From contig NEEC01000017.1 of the NCBI GenBank assembly GCA_002189035.1, positions 744,001-808,000 on the forward strand: a DNA stretch of 64,000 bases, read 5' to 3'. The notes beneath the pieces are model-generated. The model saw nothing but the letters and a program-made list of their open reading frames with translations. It was not told the origin of the DNA and searched no databases. The DNA is from Utricularia gibba. Lineage: Eukaryota; Plantae; Magnoliophyta. This document shows positions 1 through 12,652 of the stretch, piece after piece. A program made the position numbers and the translations under genes. Every line of letters begins with the position of its first letter. The stretch's first letter is position 1.

Positions 1-3000
1 TATTCGATTTCAGGGGAATCGCCGACGTCCATCCATCATCACATTTGGAAATTCACATGTTGCAGCGAATTGTAACACATCATAACTCGTATACCAACTT
101 CTCGTAAGCTACAAAATGATCAAAGTTAGTAGTATTCTACCTATAGTATTTAACAACTTTGAATGGTTAGAGGCTTACAAATGATGGATACTCAGAAGGA
201 AAGAAAACTGGTGGTGCATTCTGCATGAGGAGCCTCACCGAATATAAAGCATATAACCCACATTCAGTTGATCCAGTTTGTAGTCGAATCTATATTAAGA
301 ATAACTATAAAAATGAATTTGCTATAAGTGTTTGTGCTATGCTATTTATTGATGTTGCATTGTGTGTACCTCAGAAAAGCGAATAGGCACAAAATCCAAC
401 TCATTAACATCGAAAGAAGGTGCCGCAAACCCTAGCATGTATTTTAGACACCTACACATGTAAAGTAGTGGGTAAGTCATAGCTAATTTATTGATTAATG
501 TAGTATAATAATTTCTAGTACCTATAAAAATCTTCTTCCGCTGAACATAATACATCCCCTGCACCCAAAGAATCTAAGACAATGATCATTCTATTACGAG
601 CGTCTCCAAAGTTACAGCATATCGTCACCACCCAATGACCTCTAGTTGTAGAACATAACAGGTCAAACACATTGTATATAATGTTCAAATATAAAGCAAA
701 GTGTATCTTACCGATAAACAATAGGCCACACAATGTATGGGCAAGTAAGAAAGGCTGGTCGATGGGGAAATATTCTACAAACTCTCTCCTTATTATCAAT
801 CCACTAATTGAAATATAGAGGGTCAATGAAATAAAAAATGTTCAATCGCTCTTCTGGAATCTCACCTCTAATATGACGTAACACTTTTGTAAATCAAAAT
901 CACTAAGAATTCCATACTTACGAAAGCCAGGAAGACGCTTCTTCTTCTTGCAATCCCTCATCTTTTGTTTCAATACATCATCGTTCACAATAGTGGAATT
1001 GTTAGATGAAAGAATGCCATTTTGGACATTGACAAACTACTGTTCTACCATTGTAGGGGGTGAGAACTCTCCCCACTCAAAGTCTTCTCGTATTTCACTC
1101 GTGGACCCTGATTTCAACAAACTAAACACATGAGCTCAAGCATGAAACAGTTATTAAAAAAATCATACAATTTCGTCTTTGTTTGGCATGTTTGTGTTTC
1201 TCTTGGAAGTAGCTGAATTTTGGGGTTGATCAGAGGTGATCTTTTACTCTGTTCCCGTGGATGTTTCTTGTGTTCCTTGCTCATTTACTTCATTTTTTCC
1301 ATAACCTTCATTTTCCTATAATAAGGAAACAATATATCTTGATAACAAATAATACCATATCATATGGAACAAACTTATGATCCAATATAGCAGGCTACCT
1401 TTTTTTTTTGGAGTTCAGCTCACATGTACGTGCGTTGTGCCCTGTGTATCCACATGCACAAAAAAATTGTAATTGTCTTGTTCTAGCTTTCTTCTATTTC
1501 TTATGAGGTGATTGTTTTTCATGTTCATTATCATGAATGCAGCAAGCGTATGTTTCCCTAAAGTGCGTGTCATTATTCCAATCATATATGTGATCCCTTG
1601 GATTATCACGCTTGGTTCGTATAGCTCGCAGCGCATGTTTGCATGGTATACCTACAGTTTATCAAGTAAGAAAGCAAACATAATTTGTGACTAAACACAA
1701 TCACTTACCAGTTAATTGATCTGATTTCCACACCAGCCTCTGGTGTGGAGTTATTCTCTATAGTTTGCATGGATGATGGGGAATACCTATATTTCCACTT
1801 GGATGATTCTGAATGTCGTTTTTTAAATCGATCGGCAATGGTCCATCTGATCTCTTCTAGCATCCGTAGTATCGGTAATCGCCATGCATCAAGTAAGGAG
1901 GCATTCCAAGGCTCTGAAATGTTGTTTGTTAAAGCTCCACATTTGGCATCCTCAGCGAAGTATGCATGCGTCCACCTAGTTTGGTTTATTTTACATAGCC
2001 TACTGTATGCATTGTTGTTCAACCAGCCAAGGGCATCCATTTCCATTCTCCAATTAACTGGCATGGATGCTGTTGCACACTTCCAAACTTGAGTCTTGAC
2101 AGCATCTGAACGTGCACCTACATTCTCCTGTAGATGTCTAACGCAATGCCGCAGCTACATAAATCACCATACACTTTAAATCAGTTAAAATAGCACATAT
2201 TTTTAATTAACCATATATAGAAAATTAAGTCTTACATGTACTGAAGGTAGTATAATATGCATGACAGGCTTTGGTCTTGAGCCCCTATCTGCCATGAATG
2301 TGAACTCACGCATATTATCCTCTATAATACCCAAATCAACCTTAAAAAGACTTAAGAACCACGTCCATGTGTCCTTGCTCTCAGTATCCACAAATGCGTA
2401 TGCTAGTGGTAAAATGTGTTGATCAGCATCAAATGTGCATGCACTCAAAATCTGGCCACCCCCTCTACCTTTAACATGACAACCATCAACACCAACAAAT
2501 GGTCGACAATGCCTCCAACCTGTTTTACAGGCATCCAAACAAATGCAGAGTTTTTCAAATCTTTGATAAGTGTTGTGATGCCCAGAGGTGAGAGGACTAG
2601 GTCAATAGTAGTTCCAGGATTCGATAGAATTAACTGTGCACAATACCGACCAATCATCGAATATTCCGTTGCTAGCTTTCCATCACTATCTCCTAATACC
2701 TTCTTCCGAGCCACATGTGCTTGCATAGGATCCACCTACATGGATGTTGTTAAGTTGATGTGATGCCTAAAATCCCATATGGTGATATCTGGCTCACCTA
2801 AGAACTTATCCTCAAAGAGTCTTACTAGATGCTTGGGTTTTAAAGATTTATTTTCAGTTAACTCCCTGTCACATGAACTACAGTGCTTACTATGATACTT
2901 AGATACTTGCCAATCTTGATCTGGACAGGGTCCTTAGATGATTACAATCCAACTACACCTTTCATCCCAACCCCCTTCACACACAACACAAATGTAGTTG

Positions 3001-4220
3001 TTGTCATTCCTCTTAAATTTCCATTGAATTCGTTCCTGAATACAATAAGCAACGATGTCATCCCGTGCTGCTATTTTGCTATTAAATAATATTACTTCTC
3101 TACATAGTAAAAAATAGACTTTTATAAATAATAAATAGAAACTCCAGATGAATACATATAGGAACCAACTCATACGCATTATAAGTAAAAGTCATAAGAA
3201 TTATAAACATAACATATACCAATTATATCTAGAAATTAGATGCAAAGAATTATTGATACTTAAATAAATAATTAGAGATTAACCCCTAACTATTATTAAT
3301 ATAAAAAATAATCTAGGATTTACTTAAAATTTAATCCATTTCATCCTTTTTTTGAGTTATAATATACAATTTTTTCATTCTCATGATCATATAACTCAAT
3401 GTCTTGAGTGACATCCTCATGTGCTTGAAGTATGCATTCTTCCTTCCACTCAATTTTAGACATTGGTTCAACATCGAACAAGCACGGAGGTTGCAACCCA
3501 CTAGATTCATATTGAAACTCCTCCTCTGAATAAACGTATGATTCCGTAGTATCCGAATCACTCATAGTTAGAACCTATGGCACCAAATCAATTGAAAAGC
3601 TACAACAAATTAAATCGATACGATTCTACATCTGTCCAATAAACTTACGATCCAAAGAAGAATGATATAAGAAGATGAATCTAAAATCACCAACAATAAA
3701 ACCCAGAATCTGAGAGCATCGACTCAGAGTCAAGAGGGTGATGAGTTACTAAACTAGGACAATCATGATGAGTCAAGAGGGCGACGGGTCAACAATCACG
3801 GTAGTTTGTGGTGGATCGTGATGGCTAACAAATATCAGAGGATTTCATCGTGGTGGCTAACAATAGTTATAACCCTAATTACATTGCATTTCTCATTTTG
3901 GAAATGGGACAGCTAAATATATGTACTGAAATAAAATCTCATTAGTAAACGTTTGTTCTCATAATGTAGGTGTCAAAAGGTGTATTTTTATTCAAAAGAT
4001 AAATCATAAACGTATGTATCAAAAAAAATTTCTAAAAAACATTGGTATTGAAGATATATTATTTTTCAAAACATTAATTTCAAAATAAAAATTTTGAAAA
4101 CATTCGTATGTAAAATTTGTAAAATTAGACAACGTGTGTACCAAAAATCACATTATACAAACGTTAGTATAGAATTGTATATTTTTCGTCAAACGTAGGT
4201 ATTGAAACAAAACGTAGCCC
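1..4220 (-). mobile_element. Mutator-like (MuDR/MULE) DNA transposon relic carrying a Ulp1-type cysteine protease fragment; left end lies outside the window
   Basis: Minus-strand fragments in the expected order: acidic N-terminus (3341-3565), MuDR domain (2934-3179), MULE DDE core 'CRPFVGVDGCHVKG...LPLAYAFVDTESKDTWTWFL' (2203-2538), 'LTNNISEPWN' (1705-2064), SWIM 'QLTG|IPCKHA' split by a GTAAGT..TGTAG intron near 1653-1707. Probable TIR ends at ...aacgtagccc (4220), with sub-terminal AAACGTA(G/T)GTAT-like repeats. Stops and frameshifts throughout. Confidence 0.85.
346..830 (-). pseudogene. Ulp1/C48 SUMO-protease-like fragment within the MULE
   Basis: 'TRGHWVVTICCNFGDARNRMIIVLDSL' resembles the HW...(V/Y)LDSL catalytic His/Asp block; downstream 'YMCRCLKYM' resembles the helix after the DCG Cys motif, which itself is not recognisable. 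Confidence 0.6.
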
Positions 4221-4728
4221 TAAAAAAAGTAGAAAGTTTTTTTTTATCAAATCATCATCATATACCTTAGATATGACATCAATGTAATATTATAAAATAA
4301 CAACAATAAGGGAAAGAGTATGTTCATAGTTAAGAGAAATGTTTACTTAATCCAACCTTTTGGTTTAAATATATCACTCACACATGCTACATTTCAAAAA
4401 GGGTTTCACTTACTGTCTAACAAATAATACTAAGAATTGAGGATGAGTGCATATATTAGTTAAATCAAATCTTAATATAATAGATACATTATCTTTGTGA
4501 ATAATGGTAAATCTACATTTAGTCCTCCTCAACACAAAACATATCAATTATTGAAATCTTCATATTGATTACTTACAACTAACTTTATATAGTTATTTAT
4601 TAATATAATTGGGTCTTATACCACTACTAGAAGCATTTTTGCTCAAAATGATACTATTAACATCCCAAATTCTAAAAGAGATTCCTACCCCATTATCAAG
4701 TTGTTGTCTATTAAATTTAAGTCTTTCA

Positions 4729-5047
4729 TGTTGTTGCAAGATAGAATCTTGGGAAGTAACAAAAAGGTAATGCTTATGAGATCATCTTGGATGAAAAACG
4801 ACTCATGAACAATAAGAATGACCGAAAACCTAATTGACACGCATTCATAGTAGGGTTTATATATACCCAATACTTAGGTTACCCAACAGTGGGCCACAAT
4901 CATTGAAAACACACAAAAAGCCCAACAGCTCGAATTCAACACTTCCATGCTCGAACCCAAAACCTTTTTATCTGAAATATGACATTATGACACAAGTTTA
5001 GTGCTTCCAATCACCTTCAAACTTTGGATTCAGGCTGATCTCCAACA
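4729..5047 (-). repeat. 3' LTR of the Copia element (319 bp)
   Basis: Direct repeat of 9763-10085; TG..CA ends; adjacent to the PPT. Confidence 0.95.
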
Positions 5048-8000
5048 CTCCCCCCAGACCGAGATCTCCCAACTTGAGAAAGTCTTCCATAGTCATGAGA
5101 TTCATGTTCTTCCTTGCTAGCTCAAACTGAACTCTGTTCAAACCTTTGGTGAGCCCATCAGCAAGCTGATTCCCACTCTCAAAATACTGCACTTTTATCT
5201 TCTTCTCCTTGATGTAATTCCTTATGACATGATACCGGATTCTTATGTGTTTGGCTTTGCTGAAGTTCGTCGGATCCTTGGCAATGGAGATTGCAGCTCG
5301 ATTATCCATAAGCAGATGTGTAGCTTCCTGTTGTATGAATCCAAGTTCGTTTAGCATCTGCCTCAACCAAACACAATAGTTTGAAGCATGTGCTGCTGAG
5401 ATGTATTTTGCTTCAGCTGTTGATTGTGCTACCACTTTTTGTTTCTTCGAAAACCAGACTACAGGGCTCTTATTTAAGAAGAAGAGTGCACCAGATGTAC
5501 TCTTGCTATCTTCAGCCATACCATAATCACTATCTGAGTAGGCTCTAAGTTTCAAGACTGGTTTTTCACCTTCATAGGGATAGAACAATCCGAAATCAGT
5601 AGTAGATTTTATGTACCTGAAAGCTCTTTTCACAGCCGCCATGTGAGTTGTTGTTGGTTTGTTGAGGAAGCGAGATAAGACATTTACAAAAAAACACAAG
5701 TCAGGCCTTGTATGCTGGAGATAAATGAGGCTTCCAATCATACTTCTATAAGTAGTGGCATCCACATTCTTTCCCTGATTGTTCTCTCCAATCACCTATT
5801 TGTAATCCAAAGGCGTTTTTGAAGGATTGACATCTTTGAACCCAAACCTTTCAAGAAGTTCATTATAGTACTTTTTCTGAGATATGAATGTTCCAACATC
5901 TTCAAGTTGATGAATTTCCATGCCTAGATAATAGGACATCATTCCAAGGTCAGTCATCTTGAATTCATTTTTGAGTAGAGCTTTGAATTCCTCAATCTTC
6001 CTTTCATTACCTGAGGTAATCATAAGATCATCCACATATAAGCTAATAAATAAGTGATCATCTTCTTTTCCTTTAACTTATAGTGAGTAATCACTATATG
6101 TTTTTCTGAAACCAATACCCTGGAGAAAGTTATCCATGCGTTCATTCCATGCTCTAGGAGCTTGCTTCAACCCATAGAGAGATTTATTTAGCTTCAATAC
6201 CTTGTCTTCATGACCTGACACTTTGAAGCCCTTTGGTTGTTCAACAAAAACAACCTCCTCCAACACACCATTCAAGAACGCAGTCTTGACATCCATGTGA
6301 TGCACTTTCCATCCATGAGCAGCTGAAATGGCAAGAAGTACTTTAATCGTGTCAAATCTTGCTACTGGTGCAAAAATCTCATAAAAATTTATTCCTTTGA
6401 TCTGTCTATATCCCTTGGCTACTAATCTAGCCTTATATTTGTTGATAGAACCATCTGCATTCATCTTGGTTTTGAATAACCACTTGAGGCCAATAGGTTT
6501 GAAACCCCTATCCTTAGGTTTATCAACTAACTCCCATGTTTCATTTTCAAGTATAGAATTCATTTCTTCCTTCATGGCCTCTCTCCATTTCGGATTTTGT
6601 ACAACTACTTCAAATGATGTTGGATCTCCTGTCAATAATCCAGCCAAAATATCAACTATAGCATCTTGGACATCATCATTCAACTTGGAGAAACTTATTG
6701 TAGGAGCCTTGTTTCTTTTGCTTCTTCTAATGTCAGTAACATGACTATCTTCATTATCTATTGAATTTCTGATGTTTTTGCGTTTCCTCCTTTGCCAATC
6801 ACGATCAGATGGGTAATAATCTTCATCATCAGTATCAGGTTCCTCTCCATCAGATTCATCTGTTGATGAGTCTTCTGCATTCGTGCCTTGCTCCTCTTCT
6901 GGGATTTCGAAATTCCCATCTAAGCGCAGATCATTTGCCTGATGAGATTGTCCATATAGGGGTTCAGAGTTTGATTCTGAATTCTCATTGGACGAGTTAT
7001 CTTGATTTGTGACCTTCTCCTCCTCTGGAGCTGGAAAATTCTCATCTAAATGCTGATCATTTACTTGATTTGAATCTTCATGAACGAGTTTTGAAGTTTC
7101 TTGGTTTGTTGAATTCCTGGAAGAGAAGTTTTGAGGCATGTGTCTCCAGAGGTCTCCTTTCCCATGGGTACTATGCCTTCCATGACTTTTATGAGCTTCT
7201 GCATCATTCAGAGAAATGCAATCATCAATTAAAGTGTACCTTGCACCTTCATCAAAAGTGACATCATGGCTGAAGATAAATTTCTTCTGTTGAGGTAGAT
7301 AAACTTTATATCCCTTGGTAGTGTTGCTATAACCAACAAATACACCAGATACAGATTTCTTATCAAGTTTTCCTCGTTTTTGTCTGGTACATGAGTAAAA
7401 CACAGACTACCAAAGATTCTGAGATGATCAACCTTTTTAATATAACCATGTCATTTTTCATGCGCGGTTTTTCCACTAATCGCCCTTGAGGGAAGCAAGT
7501 TCAATAGATATACAGATGTAGATACCGCTTCAGCCCAAAAATTCATAGGAAGATCTTTCTCAAACAATAGGCATCTTGACATATCAAGGATTGTTCTGTT
7601 TCTCCTTTCACATATACCATTCTGTTGTGGAGAATATGGTACGGTAAATTGATGCATGATTCCCTCATTTTCACAGAGCATTCTCATGCTATTATTATAG
7701 AATTCGCCTCCATTGTTTGATCTAATCATCTTCAAAGAGCATCCACTCTGATTCTCAATCATCACTTTGAATTTTCGAAAGATATGAGGAACTTCTGACT
7801 TGCTTTTAAGAAAGTAAACCCAACAATAACGTGAATAATCATCAATGAATGTAACAAAATATCTACTCCCCCCTAATGAACATTCCTTAAATGGTCCACA
7901 AACATCTGTATGCACAAGCTCTAATTTCTCCTTTGCTACTGAATCACTGGAATAAAAGGGCTTTCTACACTGTTTACCTTGATGACACACTTCACATATG

Positions 8001-9762
8001 GCATTAGCAAACTTGATGTCTTTCAATTCCAGTACTTCCTTATTCTTCTGCAATATTTTCAGATTGTTGAAACTATAGTGCCCAAAACGTTTGTGCCAAA
8101 GGCTGCTTTGATCCTGAAGTGAGAAAATACAACTTTTATGATCACTGACCATGATTTGGTAGAGGTTGTAGGTGTTCAATCTTCGTTTTTGGATCAGCAA
8201 CCTTAACTTTAGTGGTTATACCACCAGCATCCTTCATTAGCTCAATGTCAAAAACTTGCCTGCTCAATTGGCCAAACCTCAACAGGTTCTGTTTGAGGTT
8301 TGGTGAATAATAAACATCATCAACTTGAACAATTCCTTCTTTTAGCAAGAGTAAAATGCTTCTTTTGCCCACAATGCCAATATTTTCACCAGTGCACGTG
8401 CTTACCTCCTTCCCAATCTTTTCAAGCTTGAGAAATGACCTTGTATTACAACATACATGATAGGAGGCACCAGAGTCCAAGTACCAGCCTTTAGCATCTG
8501 AGGCTACTGTCATTAGAGCACACTCATACTCAAAAGGATCTTCAAAAGATATTTCTGGCTCATCTTCAAAGTAGGTAAAGGATGCATGTGATTTCTCTTC
8601 CCTGGAAGTAGCCTTCTTGTTATACTCAACTTTTATTGGATTTGACATTCCACATACCTTGTCAAGATGGTCTCTTTGATTGCATTTCGTGCACAAAGCA
8701 TCAGGCTTCCACCAACAAAACTCACTCCTGTGATTCTGTTTGTTGCAATGCTTGCAAGCATTTGTGCTTAAAGTCCAACAATCTTCACTCTTATGGTTGG
8801 ATTTGTCACAATGCCTGCACTTCTGATTGTCCATCGTTGATGTTGGGATTGACATTGGTTATTGTTTGATGGCTGTTGACTTGACATCCTTGACATTGTT
8901 AATTGCACCTGAGGTTATATTCATATTCTGCATTTTGGTGAGGAGAGCAGCTTCACCATAAGTTTTCTCAACTTCATAACCATCTCTTAGTTCCAATCTC
9001 TTTTCTGTAGATTGCAACTCAATCATGAACTCTCTAAATGTTGGCTCTGGTGTAACAGGATATTCAGGATACACCTAATGGAGCTTTCCTTCAATAATGT
9101 CAAGGATTTTTCTTTCTGTCTCAAGTGCATATAACTTTGGCTCGAATCTTGCAGGTAGGCTCATGATTGCCTTGCTAATCACCTTTTGATCCTCAAGTTT
9201 TTCCCCCAATCCTCGAATCTCCTTCACAAGCTTCGCAGTACGTTCATAATAGACTTGTATGGTTTCATTATCTAACATTTTGTTCCTCTCAAAGTCCTCC
9301 AGCTTGTTTTTGCATAATATCTCTCTGAGTTTGGCATCGCCTTCATAATGGGATTTGAGAGTATCCCATATTTCTTTTGCTGATTGACACTCTGCAATAT
9401 CATCAAATAGATGTTCAGAGATGGCTTGATACAAGGCATCCATTGCTTCATCTTTTCTCTGTTGAAGATACTCAACTTCCTCTTGCTGTTCTGATGTGGA
9501 TTTGCTTGTTATTGTAATAGCCAGAATCTCCCTTTCGACAACATCCCAAATCTTTTTGACCCAAAGGTAGCTGCGCATCTTTTTGACCCAGCTTCCATAC
9601 TCTGAACCATCAAATATTGGAGGTCCTCTACCAGATGCCATCATAGCCACCGTTTGACAAGCTTTGGGTTGATACTTGGTAATCCACCAAGTAAAAAACG
9701 CTGAACGGTATATAAAATACTGAAACGAACACAGGTTTGAGAACCTTACTGCTCTGATACCA

Positions 9763-10085
9763 TGTTGTTGCAAGAAAAATAGAATGTTGGGAAGTAACAA
9801 AAAGGTACTGCTTATGAGATCACCTTGGATGAAAAACGACTCATGAACAATAAGAATGATCGAAAACCTAATTGACATGCATTCCTAGTAGGTTTTATAT
9901 ATACTCAATACCTAGGTTACCCAACAGTGGGCCACAATAATTGAAAACACACAAAAAGCCCAACAACTCGAATCCAACACTTCCATGCTCGAACCCAAAA
10001 CCTTTTTATCTGAAATATGACATTATGACACAAGTTTAGTGCTTCCAATCAACTTCAACCTTTGGATTCAAGCTGATCTCCAACA
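9763..10085 (-). repeat. 5' LTR of the Copia element (323 bp)
   Basis: Direct repeat of 4729-5047; adjacent to the iMet-type PBS. Confidence 0.95.
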
Positions 10086-12350
10086 TTTCATTTGCAGACT
10101 TCTCTTAACTTTCTAATTTTCCATATAAATTATTTGATCATTAAAATAAAAAAACAAAAAATATAATTCATTAACAAAAAAAATATTCCAATACAACTTG
10201 AAGCATTTGATCCATTTCTAAACTAAACCCTAGAATTGCAAATTTCTCCTATCAAATAAATTTATAACTTAATATACATTTAATCATATGAAAAATATGA
10301 GCATAGTGGACTAGGGTTGAATACAAAGAGCTAGGTACTTGCTATGTGAAAGTCAATGCATGCAATCAATGTCACGTTGATAAATTTAGTCTTAACTAGG
10401 ACTAAAGTAAAGTTTCGATAAAATAAAGTAAAAAAAAGTAACAAACTTCTGAACTCGATTGTCCCTGGAATGAAATGGGTGGTGTCTTGGGAGTCTTAGG
10501 GGATGTATGCCTATCACTAAACACGCTTACACAAACCATAAATCAAACAACTAACAAACAACGTCTAGGTCTACTCGGACTCTTGTTTTCCCCCTAATTT
10601 TTGATCTACCTCTAATTAGGGTTTTTAAGATGAGTTTCACTACTTTCCCCTCCTGAATCTATTCTGGTTTGTTAAGAAAGTGGTATAACTTATGGTTAAT
10701 AAAGCCTAAAGATTGATCAGCACATTTCTCGCCTTTTAACCCCAAGTCACCTCTCTAAGTATTTAACCACTCATAACGAGGGAAAGAAAGACAATTTCAT
10801 AACCTAGAAACCAGAACATGTTCATGTCGTTGTGCAATAACAAGAAAGAAACATAAATAGAGACAAAAGATGATAAACAGTTCACGTTGAAAGCTAAAGC
10901 TATTCCTAATTAGGAATAGTATTCCTGATAAACGAAAAGTTCAAGTGTAGTTGAAATTTTCTTCTTCGTCCTCCATGGTTATTCTGCGACTTCCCCTCCA
11001 GAAAAATTTCTCCAAAAAGCTGTGTCATGCGCTCCAATGGGGAGATCGTTTCTCTCTCTATGTTGTCCCATTTTTTGTCCAAAATCCTCCTTTTTCTTCT
11101 TCTTGGATTTTGTGTTCTTCTTTTCATACTTTTTGCCTCATCCTCTACCATCACACTGTTCATATCCGGTTTCTTGGGATTTGTGTTGCTGACATGTGCT
11201 GCATTGCTCAAAGAAAACTATTAGAAGTAAGGTTGATTTAGTTCCAAGTAAGACTAAAATAATACAATTACGGTACTATGCACTAAAATATAGAACTAAA
11301 CAGTAAAGCTTAAATTTTATAGCACAATATGAGTCATTTCCCTATATTCAATTACTAAAAAATATATGTTATCAGTATTCATTTTCTCCTTTTGGATCAA
11401 TTGAGTTGAATGATAATTTAAAGACAATACATTAAATGTTTTTATTAAAACAATCTTTTTTTTTACTTTTAAAATTTTATAAATGACTTAGTACTTGTTG
11501 CAAGATTAGAGTTTCGAGAAAGCTAATAACACTTTGTTAAGTGTTATTCTCTACATATTTATTATGTATTATTATATATTAATTTAAGATTAAATTGCTT
11601 AAATTATTATTTAAATTAATAAGTATTTTATTTTATTAAAAATTCCCTTTTTTATTATTTATATGTATTTATGTGTTGTTTTTCTATACTTTTGCCCCAA
11701 ATTATCAAGAAGCAATCGTAGAGTATTGTAAGGGACAACAGACTGACATTTTGTGAAGTGCACATGATGTAGAGCCATATTAGATGGGAGACTGATACTA
11801 CTCAGAGCCCATAACTTACGACATGTCAGAATTTGCATTAATAATTGGATGCTTATTTATATGAATAGAAAAATTGGTTGCACACGTAAGATAGAAAGAA
11901 TGATGGAAAGAGAAAAAAGTAAGTTAATGCACAAGGAAGTAAATGAAAGCAAACTTTTAACACTTTGGATCGGACTTTCTTTTGATTCTTGCATTTGAAT
12001 ATTGGTTCTTCCTTTCCACCATAGTGAAGAAAAATACTTTATTTTTCGTAATTTCAATCTCTGTTTTTATGATCATTTGTAGTTGAACTTTCTTAGTTTT
12101 CGAGAACAGATGAAATTTTCTTCAATGTCTTGAACACAAATCTAGATTCTTTTCTAAATTTCTATCATATTTTACATATTTTCATGTGTCATATTGCAAT
12201 TTTTGTGTAATGTTTCACGATCCTTGCTATTTATTAAAATATTTTTTGAGTCAATATCATATTGTAAATTCTCTCCATAATTTGATTATGTGCTAAATGT
12301 TTGAAAATTTTGAATTGTACCAGTTACATGTTCATATCTAATCCTGATTA

Positions 12351-12474
12351 TGGGTCAACCAGAGACAACCTGTACCCGCGATGAGTAACCTCCCTGACCC
12401 GCCGACCCATACTCGGCGGGTCTAACTCGCGACCCGCCGGGGTCCGACCCGTGCCCATGCGTACAGGTAACCCA
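12351..12474. repeat. Short GC-rich GACCCG-repeat/hairpin element (MITE-like relic) upstream of CHL
   Basis: Perfect 10-bp stem GACCCGCCGA/TCGGCGGGTC (12396-12422); outer inverted ACCTGTAC/GTACAGGT (12368-12375, 12461-12468); three GACCCG copies in otherwise AT-rich DNA. Confidence 0.45.
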
Positions 12475-12652
12475 ACCGTTTTCTTCCTAGCTCAGTTGCC
12501 GCCATATATGTAATAAAAAAAATAAAAAAAAAACAAGTTGGATGTCGATCTGTCCATTGCGCGTGGATTTGGACGGATAAGAACTTGAATCTTGATCTGG
12601 GTTTTCGAGTTGTGAGGGGGAACGGATATTTCCGGTGGGCCAAGTTCGGAAA

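Larger units (their letters stand above)
4729..10085 (-). mobile_element. Full-length but degenerate Ty1/Copia LTR retrotransposon (Ivana-like by inference)
   Basis: TG..CA LTRs at 4729-5047 and 9763-10085; perfect 5-bp TSD TTTCA (4724-4728, 10086-10090); PBS TGGTATCAGAGC (9751-9762); PPT GGGGGGAG (5048-5055). Gag (PIFDGSEY..W, CCHC knuckles), protease (WYLDSGAS), GAG-pre-integrase (LWHKRFGH), integrase (LVHTDVCGP, QQNGICER), RT (YKARLVAKG, YVDDL) and RNase H (YSDSDY, KHIRIRYH). Several in-frame stops and frameshifts. Confidence 0.97.

Noticed and set aside
10906-11211. 101-aa ORF and surrounding 10.3-11.3 kb region as a gene or Athila-like LTR relic
   Set aside because: No recognisable domain, splice structure, PBS or termini; probably repeat-derived but unassignable.
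11764-11795. C/D-box snoRNA (ATGATG..CTGA)
   Set aside because: The boxes are only about 30 nt apart, the C box is imperfect and there is no terminal stem.
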